Shown in pieces: positions 20,031 to 30,577 of a stretch of DNA of 64,000 bases. The first letter of the stretch is position 1, and every line of letters begins with the position of its first letter. Where the stretch lies: positions 3,168,001 to 3,232,000 of the forward strand of contig OZ255721.1 of the NCBI GenBank assembly GCA_965277285.1, given 5' to 3'. Position numbers and translations under genes: made by a program. The DNA is from Abditibacteriaceae bacterium. GTDB lineage: Bacteria; Armatimonadota; Abditibacteriia; Abditibacteriales; Abditibacteriaceae. Under the pieces are notes generated by a model. That model was not told where the DNA came from. It did no database searches and saw only the letters and a program-made list of their open reading frames with translations.

Positions 20031-20129
20031 GAATGATGAATGATGAATACGGAATGATGAAGTTCGAGTACTCGATAGCGCGATGAGTGCAACGAAGATT
20101 CATCATTCATCATTCCGTATTCATCATTT
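20031..20129. repeat. Heptamer (TGATGAA) inverted repeat enclosing TCGAGTACTCGA
   Basis: GAATGATGAATGATGAATACGGAATGATGAA...TTCATCATTCATCATTCCGTATTCATCATT. Confidence 0.7.
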
Positions 20130-20139
20130 CTCTTCTGCC

Positions 20140-22146
20140 ATGTCTCTCTACCGCAAATATCGCCCGCAAACTTTTGACGATTTGGTCGGGCAAGAGCACA
20201 TCGCGCAAACCTTGCGCAACGCTCTTTCGTCCGACCCGCTCCGCGTCGCGCACGCTTACCTTTTCGTCGGGCCGCGCGGTACGGGCAAAACCACCTCCGC
20301 CCGCCTGCTCGCCAAATGCCTCAATTGTGAGCAAGGCCCAAAGCCCCATCCCTGCAACCAGTGCGACTTTTGCGTCCGTGTCAGCAACAATCAAGTCACG
20401 ATGGACTTGATCGAAATGGACGCCGCCAGTAACCGCAGCATTGACGACGCGCGCGACATCAACGCCAACGTCAACGTCGCGCCAGCTCAAGGTCGCTATC
20501 GCGTTTATATCATTGACGAAGCGCACATGCTGACCAAAGAAGCCTTCAACGCGCTGCTCAAAACCATCGAAGAACCGCCGCCGCATCTGGTTTTCGTCTT
20601 TGCCACCACCGAAGCCGACAAAGTTCCGCAAACGATTACAAGCCGTTGTCAGCGCTTCGATTTTCGCCGCGTCACGCCCAACGACATCGTCAGTCGCTTG
20701 ATGTATGTCGCGCAAAACGAAAACCTCCAACTTCAACCTGAAGCCGCGCGATTGATCGCGCAAACAGCGGACGGCGCCTTGCGCGATTCCTTGACTTTGC
20801 TCGAACAAGTCTCGGCGTTTTCTGCGGAAGAAATCACCGAAAGTGATGTGCGTTTGGTTTTGGGCACGGTTTCGCGTGAATTGTTGCTCGATTTGGTGGA
20901 CGCGATTGCCGACCAAGACGCGACATCGGCTTTGCGACAAGTCGAGACGGCGACCGAAGAAGGCGTCAGCTTCTCGCAATTAACGCGCGATTTAACAAGC
21001 TATTGCCGCGATTTGCTTTTATTAACAGTCGGCTTTGAAGACAACGGTACTTTGACGGAAAACGAACGCGCGCGACGTCGAGAGCACGCGAATAAAATCG
21101 GGCGCGAGCGTTTGACGCGTTGCGTGGAAAGTTTGCGTCTGGCCGAAAAAGAAATGCGCCAGAGCACGGATCATCGCTTGTTGCTCGAACTCACGTTGGT
21201 GCGCCTAACCGCCAATATCGAGTACTCGAATGCTGCATCTACGAACCTTGCGCCGCAATTGCAGAAAGTCGCGCCGGTTTCAAATGCCGCAGTTTTTAAT
21301 AATGCGGTTGCGAACAACGCGCCGCGTCCGGTGTGGAAGCAGCCTTCTGTTGAACCAAAAACCGAGCCACGATTTGCAGAAGCGCCGCCGAAAGTTGTTG
21401 CGGAAAGTAATGGCATCGCGCCGAAGACTGATGTCGAACCGATAGTGGCGCCCGCTTTTACGCTGTTGGAAAGCGCCGGGCGAATTGTTGAAGCGCCCGT
21501 TGAAACCATCGAAGCTATTGAAAGTGATGATGCGCCGTCAAACGGTGCGCCATTAGAAGAATCAAGTACTCGAATGCGCATCGAAAGCAGCGAAGCGCCT
21601 CAAATTGAAGAAGAAACGGCGTTGCCAAATGAAAATGTTGCGCTGATTTCCGAAGCGACGGCAACCGAAGCGAATACAACTGAAGCGAATACGGCTGAAG
21701 AATCATCAACAGCGACGAATGCGGCAGCAGCGAGCGCGGCAGCGTCGAAGAAGAAAGGGCGACGCATTCACGATTTGGGCGAACTGATCGAGTTGTGGCC
21801 AGCGGTTTTGGCGCGCGTCAAGCGCAAAATTGGCGTCACGGCGGTCGCTTATCTGCACGATGCGCAGCCGGTGGCGATGGACGACAAAACCGCGACGCTG
21901 GAGTTCCAGAAAGAGTTTCACTACGAAAAAGCGAAGGAAGCCGCCGGTCGCTTGCCCTTCGAGCAGGTCGTGAACGAGTGTATGGCGACGCCGCGCAGCT
22001 TGAAGTTTCGCTGGAATCCGCCGGGCAAAGCCGCTGTTGTGGAAGACGTTCCGCCGCCGCCGGACGACGATGACGACGACGATGTGGTGCGACTGGCGCA
22101 GGATATGTTCGGCGCCGAAGTTGTCGGGCGTTCGGGCGAAGTATAA
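20140..22146 (+). CDS. dnaX: DNA polymerase III subunit gamma/tau
   Basis: LYRKYRPQTF, GPRGTGKTT, Zn-binding Cys cluster, IIDEAHML, SRC motif. Confidence 0.97.
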   Translation: MSLYRKYRPQTFDDLVGQEHIAQTLRNALSSDPLRVAHAYLFVGPRGTGKTTSARLLAKCLNCEQGPKPHPCNQCDFCVRVSNNQVTMDLIEMDAASNRSIDDARDINANVNVAPAQGRYRVYIIDEAHMLTKEAFNALLKTIEEPPPHLVFVFATTEADKVPQTITSRCQRFDFRRVTPNDIVSRLMYVAQNENLQLQPEAARLIAQTADGALRDSLTLLEQVSAFSAEEITESDVRLVLGTVSRELLLDLVDAIADQDATSALRQVETATEEGVSFSQLTRDLTSYCRDLLLLTVGFEDNGTLTENERARRREHANKIGRERLTRCVESLRLAEKEMRQSTDHRLLLELTLVRLTANIEYSNAASTNLAPQLQKVAPVSNAAVFNNAVANNAPRPVWKQPSVEPKTEPRFAEAPPKVVAESNGIAPKTDVEPIVAPAFTLLESAGRIVEAPVETIEAIESDDAPSNGAPLEESSTRMRIESSEAPQIEEETALPNENVALISEATATEANTTEANTAEESSTATNAAAASAAASKKKGRRIHDLGELIELWPAVLARVKRKIGVTAVAYLHDAQPVAMDDKTATLEFQKEFHYEKAKEAAGRLPFEQVVNECMATPRSLKFRWNPPGKAAVVEDVPPPPDDDDDDDVVRLAQDMFGAEVVGRSGEV

Positions 22147-22208
22147 TTAAATGTCGGTTTCGCTATTTTGAAATCGAGTACTCAACAACACAATCAAAGG
22201 TTACTCTT

Positions 22209-22541
22209 ATGAATATCCCCGGTTTGGGCAATTTGCAAAAGCAGATGCAGAAGATGCAAGAAGATATGATGAAGGCGCAGGACGAACTGGACGCCGACCG
22301 CTTGGAAACGAGCGCAGGCGGCGGCATGGTTCACGTTGTGACGAGCGGCATGGGCGAGATTTTGGAAATCAAAATCGCACCGGAAGTCGTTGACCCCAAC
22401 GATGTCGAAATGCTGCAAGACTTGGTGACAACCGCTGTGCGCGACGCCTTGAAGAAAGCGCAAGATCATCACACTGAGCGCATGAGCGGCATCACCGGCG
22501 GCATCGCGGGCAAACTGCCTGGACTTGGCTTTCCGATGTAA
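22209..22541 (+). CDS. ybaB: YbaB/EbfC nucleoid-associated protein
   Basis: QKMQEDMMKAQDEL, AGGGMV, DVEMLQDLV; dnaX-ybaB-recR synteny. Confidence 0.95.
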   Translation: MNIPGLGNLQKQMQKMQEDMMKAQDELDADRLETSAGGGMVHVVTSGMGEILEIKIAPEVVDPNDVEMLQDLVTTAVRDALKKAQDHHTERMSGITGGIAGKLPGLGFPM

Positions 22542-22554
22542 TCTGGTCGTCGCC

Positions 22555-22637
22555 AACGAACCCGAAGCGTCAGCGACGGGCTGGATTGACAGTTTGTTGT
22601 AATTTCAAATTCAGCCCGTCGCTTACGCTCTGGGTTC
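22555..22637. repeat. REP family B copy
   Basis: AACGAACCCGAAGCGTCAGCGACGGG...CCCGTCGCTTACGCTCTGGGTTC. Confidence 0.8.
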
Positions 22638-22693
22638 TTTTCAATCGAGTACTCGACTGGCACTTTTCCATCGCTCGTTCGTCGTTTGAAACC

Positions 22694-23293
22694 ATGATTT
22701 ACTACGCGCGACCGTTGTCGCAATTGCTGGAACAATTGGAAAAATTGCCGGGCATCGGGCCGAAATCGGCGCAGCGTTTGGCGTTTCACATCTTGCGAGC
22801 GCCGCGCGAAGAAACCGAAATGCTGGCGCAAGCCGTCCGCGATGTGCGCGACAAAATCAAGCCGTGCGCGCGCTGCGGCAACTTCACCGACGAAGATGTT
22901 TGCGACATTTGTCTCGATCCGCGCCGCGATAGTGCGCTGTTGTGCATCGTCGCCGAGCCGCGCGACTTGATGGCGATCGAAAGTTCGGGCGAGTTTCGCG
23001 GACGCTATCACGTTCTGGGCGGCGTGATGAGTCCGATTGAAGGCATTGGGCCGGATCAACTCAGCGTCGCGCCTTTGATGAAACGCTTGGGCGACGAGAA
23101 CATCAGTGAAGCCGTGTTAGCGCTGTCGCCCACAGTCGAAGGTGAAACGACTTCCAATTATCTGGCGAATTTGCTCAAGCCGCGCGGCATTCGCACTACG
23201 CAACTGGCGCGTGGGTTGCCATTTGGCGGCGATTTGGATTACGCCGATCAGATGACAATCGCCGGAGCGTTGCGCGGTCGCCGCGATTTTTAA
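22694..23293 (+). CDS. recR: Recombination mediator RecR
   Basis: LPGIGPKSAQRLAFH HhH, C4 zinc finger, Toprim YHVLGG and EGETT. Confidence 0.97.
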   Translation: MIYYARPLSQLLEQLEKLPGIGPKSAQRLAFHILRAPREETEMLAQAVRDVRDKIKPCARCGNFTDEDVCDICLDPRRDSALLCIVAEPRDLMAIESSGEFRGRYHVLGGVMSPIEGIGPDQLSVAPLMKRLGDENISEAVLALSPTVEGETTSNYLANLLKPRGIRTTQLARGLPFGGDLDYADQMTIAGALRGRRDF

Positions 23294-23302
23294 AAATTAA
23301 CT

Positions 23303-23477
23303 GCAGAGACACAGAAGACACAGAGATTTTTAGGGAAGAATTGTCGTGCGAGTTTGTCATTCTGAGTGAAGCGAAGAATCTATACGTCAAGTCAGATTCT
23401 TCGCTTCACCCAGAATGACAAACTCTTATTTTCGAGTACTCGACTTCTTTTCTCTGTGTCCTCTGTGTCTTTGTGGT
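23303..23477. repeat. Composite repeat: outer 9-bp periodic arms, inner REP family A (23350-23425) and palindrome (23432)
   Basis: CAGAGACACAGAAGACACAGAG / CTCTGTGTCCTCTGTGTCTTTG outer arms; GTCATTCTGAGTGAAGCGAAGAATCT...AGATTCTTCGCTTCACCCAGAATGAC inner hairpin. Confidence 0.8.
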
Positions 23478-23499
23478 TCAAAAAGAAGGTCAAATTATC

Positions 23500-24414
23500 A
23501 TGTCAGAAAACAATGGAGCCGCTTTGAACGGCGATCAGAAATCAACGTTTCGCACCAAAGTCGGGTTGGCGGAAATGCTTAAAGGCGGCGTCATCATGGA
23601 CGTGGTAACGCCCGAGCAAGCGATTATCGCTGAAGAAGCGGGCGCGGTCGCGGTGATGGCGCTGGAGCGCGTGCCGAGCGATATTCGCAAGGAAGGCGGC
23701 GTCGCGCGCATGACGAGCCTGAACTTGATCAAAGAAATTCAAAGCGCTGTGACAATTCCTGTGATGGCGAAAGTGCGCATCGGGCATTTCGTCGAAGCGC
23801 AGATTTTGCAACAACTCGCCGTCGATTTCATTGACGAAAGCGAAGTCTTGACGCCCGCCGACGAACTTTATCACATCGACAAGCACAACTTTCGCGTGCC
23901 TTTTGTGTGCGGTTGCCGCGATTTGGGCGAAGCGTTGCGCCGCATCGGTGAAGGCGCCGCAATGATTCGCACCAAAGGCGAAGCCGGAAGCGGCAACATC
24001 GTCGAAGCCGTGCGGCACTTGCGCGAAGTTCATGGCCATATTCGTCGCTTGAAGAACATGGCGAAAGACGAACTGATGACCGAAGCGAAAAACCTGGGCG
24101 CGCCGTACGATTTGGTGTGCGAAGTCGCGCGCCTGGGCAAGTTGCCGGTGCCGAACTTCAGCGCGGGCGGCGTGGCGACTCCGGCTGACGCGGCGTTGAT
24201 GATGCAGTTGGGAGCGGAAGCGGTTTTCGTCGGCAGCGGCATTTTCAAGAGCGGCGATCCGGCAGAACGCGGGCGCGCCATTGTCGATGCGACGACGTTT
24301 TTCAACGATCCCGCGAAACTCGTCGAATGCTCAATGAACCTGGGCAACCCGATGGCTGGCCTTGATATTCGCCAGATGGCCGAAAGCGAAAAGATGTCGA
24401 CGCGCGGCTGGTAA
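23500..24414 (+). CDS. pdxS: Pyridoxal 5'-phosphate synthase lyase subunit
   Basis: [47 protein letters not shown]. Confidence 0.98.
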   Translation: MSENNGAALNGDQKSTFRTKVGLAEMLKGGVIMDVVTPEQAIIAEEAGAVAVMALERVPSDIRKEGGVARMTSLNLIKEIQSAVTIPVMAKVRIGHFVEAQILQQLAVDFIDESEVLTPADELYHIDKHNFRVPFVCGCRDLGEALRRIGEGAAMIRTKGEAGSGNIVEAVRHLREVHGHIRRLKNMAKDELMTEAKNLGAPYDLVCEVARLGKLPVPNFSAGGVATPADAALMMQLGAEAVFVGSGIFKSGDPAERGRAIVDATTFFNDPAKLVECSMNLGNPMAGLDIRQMAESEKMSTRGW

Positions 24415-24463
24415 AGCGACGGATCGAGTACTCGATTGACAAGGAAACGGCGCTCTGCTTTCA

Positions 24464-25030
24464 TTAGTAGGGCGCCGTTTCTGAGGCTGTTGTGCCGAAG
24501 AAAACGCGCGCTGTTCGCCCGTTTGGTTCGTAAAAGAGCCAATGATTTCCACCAAACCCTGTGTTGGCCTGATGGTAAATCTGAGTCTGCGGCTTGATTT
24601 CTGTGCTGAACCAACTTGGCGGCGATTGCCAGTTTTGCACGTCGCAAAATTTTCTCTCATTCTGTGAAAGCAGAGTGAGCCTTTTGTTTGTCAGCTTAGC
24701 CATTGTCGCTGGCGAAGCTTGGAAGCTCAAAAATGTCGGCTCCTCTTGCTCTTCTTCTCGTGACAAGTCTTGCCCTTTCAGATTTTGGATTTGCGATGTC
24801 GGCTGAGTGTTGAAGACCGAAGAAAAGATCTCTTTGGAGTTGTCTTCGATAGACCAAGACGAAGAAATGAAAGTGCAAATAAACGGAAAAGCAACTACGA
24901 AAAATGGCAAGGCGAAAACCGTTGCGCGAGCATAATGCTTTTTTGCTGCGGCGTTAATGAGGTTCTCAAAGAGCTTTATCGAAAAAATCCCCACAATTAT
25001 CGTTGCGAAAAGCCATAACATTATGAACAT
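24464..25030 (-). CDS. Hypothetical membrane protein (lower-GC islet)
   Basis: AAGGAGG RBS before ATG at 25030; two N-terminal TM segments. Confidence 0.6.
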   Translation of the reverse strand: MFIMLWLFATIIVGIFSIKLFENLINAAAKKHYARATVFALPFFVVAFPFICTFISSSWSIEDNSKEIFSSVFNTQPTSQIQNLKGQDLSREEEQEEPTFLSFQASPATMAKLTNKRLTLLSQNERKFCDVQNWQSPPSWFSTEIKPQTQIYHQANTGFGGNHWLFYEPNGRTARVFFGTTASETAPY

Positions 25031-25095
25031 ACAAGCGCCTCCCTTACACATCCTATAATAGGAATACGAACACAACAATCGAGTACTCGATCTTT

Positions 25096-26322
25096 ATGAA
25101 CCTAAATATTCCATCTTCTTCAAACTCTTTACTCCCCAGTTTTTTCATCGGCGGTTACGAATGCTCGACGCATCGTTTGCATAATGGCAAGCGATTGGAT
25201 TTAACGGCTTCGACGCAGCACGACCGCTTTGTCGCACAAGATTACGAGCGCTTGAAAAGCGTCGGAATGTTGACGGCGCGCGAAGCGTTCCGCTGGCATT
25301 TAATCGAAAGCGAAGCTGGAAAATATGATTTTTCGAGCGCGCTGCCGATGCTTCGTGCCGCGCGGCAACACGGCATCAAAGTGATCTGGGATTTGTTGCA
25401 TTTCGGCTGGCCGGATCACATTGATATTTTCGCGGCGGATTTTGTCGCGCGTTTCCAAAACTTCACGCGCGCCGTGATTCGAGTACTCGAAGAGGAAGGC
25501 GAAAGCGCGCCTTATATTGCGCCGATCAATGAAATCTCGTTTTTCTCGTGGGCGGCGGGCGGCGCGGGTTTTTTCAATCCGTTTGTGCATGATCGCGGCG
25601 ACGAATTGAAGCGACAACTCGTGTCCGCCGCCATTGGCGCGACGCGGCTTTTGCAGGAAAATTTTGCGGATGCGCGCATTTTTCACATCGATCCGATTAT
25701 CAACATCGCGGCGGATGTGACGCGCCCGCAGGACAGAATTGTGGCTGAAGGTCATCGTCAATCGCAGTTCCAGGTGTGGGACATGATTTGCGGGCGTCGC
25801 GCGCCGGAATTGGGCGGCAAACCGCAATATCTCGATGTGATCGGCGCCAATTATTATTCCAACAATCAATGGATTCATAATGGCTCGACGCTTGGCCCGT
25901 CGAGTCCGTATTATGTGCGCTTGCGTTATATGCTGCGCGAATTGCATTTGCGCTACGGGCGACCCGTTTTCCTTTCGGAAACCGGCATCGAAGATGAAGC
26001 GCGACCTGCGTGGCTGCGCTACATCGGGCAGGAAGCGCGCGCGACGCGGAATCTGGGCGTGCCGCTCGAAGGCGTTTGCCTGTATCCGATTTTGAATCAT
26101 CCCGGCTGGGACAACGACCGCCACTGCTACAATGGCTTGTGGGATTACGCCGACGAAAGTGGTCACCGCGCGATTTATGCGCCTCTGGCCAGAGAACTGG
26201 CGCATCAGCAGGAATTGTGGGCGCAGGACAGCGAAACCGTCGAAGAAGTCGATGTGCATTCGCTGGATGCTGCGGCGACCGCCATTGAAGAAGCCACAGC
26301 ACGAGCGCGCGGCACTTCGTAG
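25096..26322 (+). CDS. GH1-like beta-glucosidase family glycoside hydrolase
   Basis: FFIGGYECSTHR, WDLLHFGWP, PINEISF (acid/base), LSETG (nucleophile). Confidence 0.8.
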   Translation: MNLNIPSSSNSLLPSFFIGGYECSTHRLHNGKRLDLTASTQHDRFVAQDYERLKSVGMLTAREAFRWHLIESEAGKYDFSSALPMLRAARQHGIKVIWDLLHFGWPDHIDIFAADFVARFQNFTRAVIRVLEEEGESAPYIAPINEISFFSWAAGGAGFFNPFVHDRGDELKRQLVSAAIGATRLLQENFADARIFHIDPIINIAADVTRPQDRIVAEGHRQSQFQVWDMICGRRAPELGGKPQYLDVIGANYYSNNQWIHNGSTLGPSSPYYVRLRYMLRELHLRYGRPVFLSETGIEDEARPAWLRYIGQEARATRNLGVPLEGVCLYPILNHPGWDNDRHCYNGLWDYADESGHRAIYAPLARELAHQQELWAQDSETVEEVDVHSLDAAATAIEEATARARGTS

Positions 26323-26573
26323 CCAGCGAATAAATTCGCCGCCATAAAAGGTGTCAACCTGCGTTGACACAACGTCGCTTAGGATGAGTTTGGAAGTACG
26401 TGAGGCGTAAAAAAGACGTGCAGAAGAGGATTTGTCATTCTGAGCGCAGCGAAGAATCTGGCTTAGGATATAGATTCTTTGCTGCGCTCAGAATGACAAA
26501 CTGCGAGTTTGACCTTTTCTTCTACTTTTTCTGCAATCTCAAAATGACAGACCGCGAATTTATTCGCTGGTTA
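26319..26573. repeat. Composite repeat: GTAG-type outer inverted pair with REP family A inside (26431-26500)
   Basis: GTAGCCAGCGAATAAATTCGC / GCGAATTTATTCGCTGGTTA arms; TTTGTCATTCTGAGCGCAGCGAAGAATCT...CTCAGAATGACAAA. Confidence 0.75.
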
Positions 26574-26650
26574 TCGAGTACTCGATTTAACGCGCCTGTA
26601 ACCTTTGCGCCTTAAACTGCACTCAAGATCAAAAAAGCGGGAGTTTCACG

Positions 26651-29600
26651 ATGGACTTGAACAAGCAAATCGGTTTGTGCGAAAAAACAACTTCTGACGT
26701 CGATGCCAAAACCATCGAGTATTTGAATTTGAAGTTGGCGTTTTTAGGTTGCCCGATCTTTGGACATGCGGAAAACGACGCCATGATTTCCGCGTTGCTG
26801 CTGCATCAACAGGAAACCAGTCGCCTGCTGGCCGGCTATTTGTGTCCCGCCGACGCGCGCATCCAGGATTTTCTGCAAGCCTATTTATGCGATGCGAACG
26901 TTCCTGTGCCGCGCTTGCCGTCGCGCGCTTTTGTGCTCGATCAATATGGATTATCGCGCGCGCTTTCTCTTGCGCCGGACAAAGACGAATTCTTGTCCGA
27001 CATCGTGAGTTCGTATCGCACCAAGCAGGGCGTTTTGCACAATCCGAAAAGCGACAGGCGCACCACGCAGGGCATTTTTCACATCGTCGAAGGCGGCCTG
27101 CCGATTCCCGACGACAAAATTGGCGTGCCCAAAGCCGTCTTCGCGCGCTTGCTCGAACGCGCTTTGCATCCGCCGGAAGAACTGCTGCGCCTGCCTTTTA
27201 CTTCCAGTCAGAACGAGCAAGCGGCGTGCTGGGTTTCACTGCTTCTCCGACCGTTGGTTTGTCCCGAAGTGCGCGGTTATACACCCGAAAAAAGGATGGA
27301 GATTCGCTTTTTCGCGCCCGGCAATCTGGTCAGCAATCTCGACTTTGTGGAAAGCATTTTCGGCAATGCGGGCGATCCGTTCTTGCCGGAAAACGACGCT
27401 GCGCTCGATGTGGAACATTGGACGGGACATACCGGCTGCGTGATTTTGGCGCCGCACCTTATTACCGAAAATAAGAAGGAATTGGGCTTGCCGCATTGGG
27501 ACGATGCGACCGAATTGCAAAGACGCGATGGAATGTGCTGGCGCGACGAGAACGAACTTTACAACGGCGGTAAGGCGTTCAAGATCGCGTGCCGCGACGA
27601 ACGCGGCGTGATGCTGACGATTATCGCCGATAACTATTACGGTTATTGCAAGAAAGAAGTGAAAACGCAGATCAGCTATTCGGCCAACCTGAGCGGCAAC
27701 TGCGAGGAAGAGCATTCCGGCGGCGCTCTGGTTTATCCGAGCTACGACTTGGGCGAAGAGTTCAACGGCTCGCTGCATGCGCCGCCATTGGGTCACACTT
27801 TCAATCGAGTACTCGAAACCTATGCCGACGCGATGGACGTGCAGCCCGAAGGTTACGCGATAGATAAAAAGTTTCCCGACATCGTTTATGTCGCCGAAGA
27901 TGTGACGTTCGACTTGCATTCGCAAACCGTCAGTTGGCCGTTTGGCGACGGCGAAGAGCGCACGAAAATCAAATTGTTGCCAGGCAAAACTTATGTGCGA
28001 CCTTCGGGTCATCGCATTCACATGGAAAAACCCGCAGGCGGTCGCGCCTGGCGTTTGGTCGGAACACTCGCCGAAGGCACGTTTTGCCACAAGCCGTGCA
28101 CGGTTTCGGGTGGCGGCAAATCGGAGATTTCCAAGCCGATCACCGATGCAATTTTGCAAGGGCCGGTTTTCGTCGCCGATTTTGAAAAGGATTTCGATGT
28201 CGTCGCGGAAATCATCGCGCGCAATTATTCCGACCGCTTCAGCGAACGCTATCGCCAGGAATTCAAAGAGTATTCCGACAGCCGTCCGGTTCTCAGCAGC
28301 GAGCGTTCGCTGGGTTCGGTCATCAAACTTTTGACGCCCGCGACGCGCGACTTCAACGAGGAATACAACGCCTGGCTCGATTCGATTCCGCAATACATCA
28401 AGGAATTGGTGTTTGTGGTCAAGCGTTTTTACAAGCCGGAATGGGGCGCAAATTGGCGCGAACATTTCAGCGTGGACATCATTAATGGCACGCCAGGCAA
28501 CGAACTGAAACTGGACGGCGCCAAATTGGTATCAAACTTCCTGCGCGTCGGCTACGACGAAGACGGCGCGTGGCGCACTTTCGGCTTGCGCAAAGACTTT
28601 CATCCGGCTGTGAAGTGGGCGCTCGAGGATGACATTTCGGCTTCAACCGTGGTGCCAGCCGAGCAATTGAAAGGACTGAATCCCGATTATGCGCAGGCGT
28701 ATGTGAAGTTCGTCGGCAACTGCGAAGGTCGTTTGTTTCAGCGCCCGGACGATGCCATTCATCGCGGCTACGACAAGCAAACCGAACGGGATTTCACGCG
28801 GCACGACAACTTCTTTTCCAACTACGAGCCGCTTCCAGTTGAAGAAGCCAAGATGTTTTTGGAAGATTCGATTGGCTTCGACAAGTGGACGACGCCTTTG
28901 CAAAACCTGGTGCGCGAACTGGCTGAGGATCCACATCCCGACTTTTTCGTGACGCCTGCGCATCCGCGCTTGGTCGATGGCGTACCGACCAAAAACCCGC
29001 GCTATTTGCAAACGCGCCCCGATTTATTGAACCCACGCGACGCGTATCTGGCGGAAATGAGTACTCGAATGTTCCGCCGTATTCCGTTATCTGAACCGGT
29101 GCGGCTTCCTGTCAACGCGGTTTTGCCCGGGCGCCGCAACAATCCGCCAGAGCCTGCCGCGGGCATTCGTTCGCTGGCGGTTTACAACCCGATTCACTAC
29201 ATGGAATTGCCGGAATTGTTCATGGAGTTCATTTGCAGCATGACCGGAAAATCGCCTTCGACGACGGGCGCCGGAAGCGAAGGCGCGCTCACTAAAGGGC
29301 CGTTCAACGCGCTGCATCCGATTCTCGACGTGAACAACGCTTTGCTTTCCTATGTTCTGACGGGCGCCGATGTTTTCATTACCGCAGCGGGTTACGTCGG
29401 GCCAAATTCCCGCGTCGATCACGATGTCAGTCTTTTGGTTCCCGAAGTGTGGTGCCGCATGTCGACAGCCGAACGCGATCCGCGTTTTCTGATTCGCAAC
29501 GGTTATCTGGAAAAATGCGAGGATTTGCAATACGAAGGGCGCACGGTTTACACCTCGCGTCTGGGTTATCGCATCACGCGGCGCTTCGTGAAAACGTATT

Positions 29601-30061
29601 TCGGGCGCGTTTTCAATCACCCGAACGCGGTTTTTACCGACGAAATGCTGCGTCCAGAAAAGCAAAGTCTGGCAATTGCTGTCGATGGCATGGACAACAT
29701 TGTCGAAACGCAACAGCGCGTGGCGCAATTGTATTTCAACGATGGCGGAGTGGAAGCCGCGTGCCCGCCTTTGAAAGCGCTGCTGCACATCATGCGCGAC
29801 AATCATTACGAAGGCAAGGATTTGACGCATTCCGATATTCGCGCGCTGTTCACCTCGCAGAGTTTGTTGCAAAGCGACTGGTACGCCAATCGTCAGGCGA
29901 CGCAACAGGCGAACGAAATCGCTTTGTGGCATCGTCACATCGGCGCATTGGAAAGTTTTCTGGCGAAACCCAACTACGCTGGAGAAGCAGCGCGCTTGGG
30001 CATCGAAGATCGCATGGCGCAAGCCAAACAAACGCTCGCTGGCCTGGAAAAAGGCTCGTAA
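26651..30061 (+). CDS. PPi-dependent phosphoenolpyruvate carboxykinase (PEP carboxytransphosphorylase)
   Basis: 1136 aa; HNPKSDRRTTQGIFH, ADNYYGYCKKEVKTQISY, HKPCTVSGGGKSEISK, TGKSPSTTGAGSEGALTKGPFN, recalled as PPi-PEPCK family signatures. Confidence 0.85.
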   Translation: MDLNKQIGLCEKTTSDVDAKTIEYLNLKLAFLGCPIFGHAENDAMISALLLHQQETSRLLAGYLCPADARIQDFLQAYLCDANVPVPRLPSRAFVLDQYGLSRALSLAPDKDEFLSDIVSSYRTKQGVLHNPKSDRRTTQGIFHIVEGGLPIPDDKIGVPKAVFARLLERALHPPEELLRLPFTSSQNEQAACWVSLLLRPLVCPEVRGYTPEKRMEIRFFAPGNLVSNLDFVESIFGNAGDPFLPENDAALDVEHWTGHTGCVILAPHLITENKKELGLPHWDDATELQRRDGMCWRDENELYNGGKAFKIACRDERGVMLTIIADNYYGYCKKEVKTQISYSANLSGNCEEEHSGGALVYPSYDLGEEFNGSLHAPPLGHTFNRVLETYADAMDVQPEGYAIDKKFPDIVYVAEDVTFDLHSQTVSWPFGDGEERTKIKLLPGKTYVRPSGHRIHMEKPAGGRAWRLVGTLAEGTFCHKPCTVSGGGKSEISKPITDAILQGPVFVADFEKDFDVVAEIIARNYSDRFSERYRQEFKEYSDSRPVLSSERSLGSVIKLLTPATRDFNEEYNAWLDSIPQYIKELVFVVKRFYKPEWGANWREHFSVDIINGTPGNELKLDGAKLVSNFLRVGYDEDGAWRTFGLRKDFHPAVKWALEDDISASTVVPAEQLKGLNPDYAQAYVKFVGNCEGRLFQRPDDAIHRGYDKQTERDFTRHDNFFSNYEPLPVEEAKMFLEDSIGFDKWTTPLQNLVRELAEDPHPDFFVTPAHPRLVDGVPTKNPRYLQTRPDLLNPRDAYLAEMSTRMFRRIPLSEPVRLPVNAVLPGRRNNPPEPAAGIRSLAVYNPIHYMELPELFMEFICSMTGKSPSTTGAGSEGALTKGPFNALHPILDVNNALLSYVLTGADVFITAAGYVGPNSRVDHDVSLLVPEVWCRMSTAERDPRFLIRNGYLEKCEDLQYEGRTVYTSRLGYRITRRFVKTYFGRVFNHPNAVFTDEMLRPEKQSLAIAVDGMDNIVETQQRVAQLYFNDGGVEAACPPLKALLHIMRDNHYEGKDLTHSDIRALFTSQSLLQSDWYANRQATQQANEIALWHRHIGALESFLAKPNYAGEAARLGIEDRMAQAKQTLAGLEKGS

Positions 30062-30112
30062 AGCGCCATCGAGTACTCGATATTGAAGGTGTCCCTGAAG
30101 AAGAAGTTCGTC

Positions 30113-30153
30113 TCCCTTCCCCTTGATCATGGGGAAGGGACGGGGATGAGGTT
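30113..30153. repeat. Single REP-like hairpin of the CCCTCATCCCC..CCCTTCCCC..GGGGAAGGG type
   Basis: TCCCTTCCCCTTGATCATGGGGAAGGGACGGGGATGAGG. Confidence 0.5.
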
Positions 30154-30236
30154 TTTTCCCAAACTCATGCGAAAATTTTCGTGAGCGAAATCTGTTTGTT
30201 ACATTCATCGGTTATTCTTTCATTCTAACGCCCAGA

Positions 30237-30527
30237 ATGACGGAGTTTGCGATGAAAATATCAGTCAGCGAAACCGATTGCCGCGATCCTTATGTGACAG
30301 CGATCAACAATCCAATCAGTGCGGCGCTGCATCGCAAAACCGGGCGTTTGTGGTACGTTTTCGATGGTCATAGCATCGCTTGCACGCGTGAACCTTTGCA
30401 GCAAATCACTTTGCCGCCCAAAGTTTCGCGGTGGTGGCGCGAATTTCAAAACTCCGATTTCCAAAATCCCGACAAACCGGCACCATCGCTGCTCGAGTTC
30501 GAGTTGGAAATCAAATACGAAGCCTGA
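30237..30527 (+). CDS. Small hypothetical protein
   Basis: 96-aa ORF followed by a terminator hairpin; GGAG before alternative ATG at 30252. Confidence 0.5.
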   Translation: MTEFAMKISVSETDCRDPYVTAINNPISAALHRKTGRLWYVFDGHSIACTREPLQQITLPPKVSRWWREFQNSDFQNPDKPAPSLLEFELEIKYEA

Positions 30528-30544
30528 TTTGTTCAGTTGTTTTC

Positions 30545-30577
30545 AAGCGCGCCAACCTTTTTGGTTGGCGCGCTTTT
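30545..30577 (+). terminator. Intrinsic terminator
   Basis: AAGCGCGCCAACC-TTTTT-GGTTGGCGCGCTTTT. Confidence 0.7.

Noticed and set aside
20140..22146. Programmed frameshift in dnaX
   Set aside because: I saw no A-AAA-AAG or long poly-A slippery site followed by a hairpin in the linker region.
23500..24414. pdxS without adjacent pdxT as a novelty
   Set aside because: pdxT may lie elsewhere in the genome; this cannot be judged from one window.
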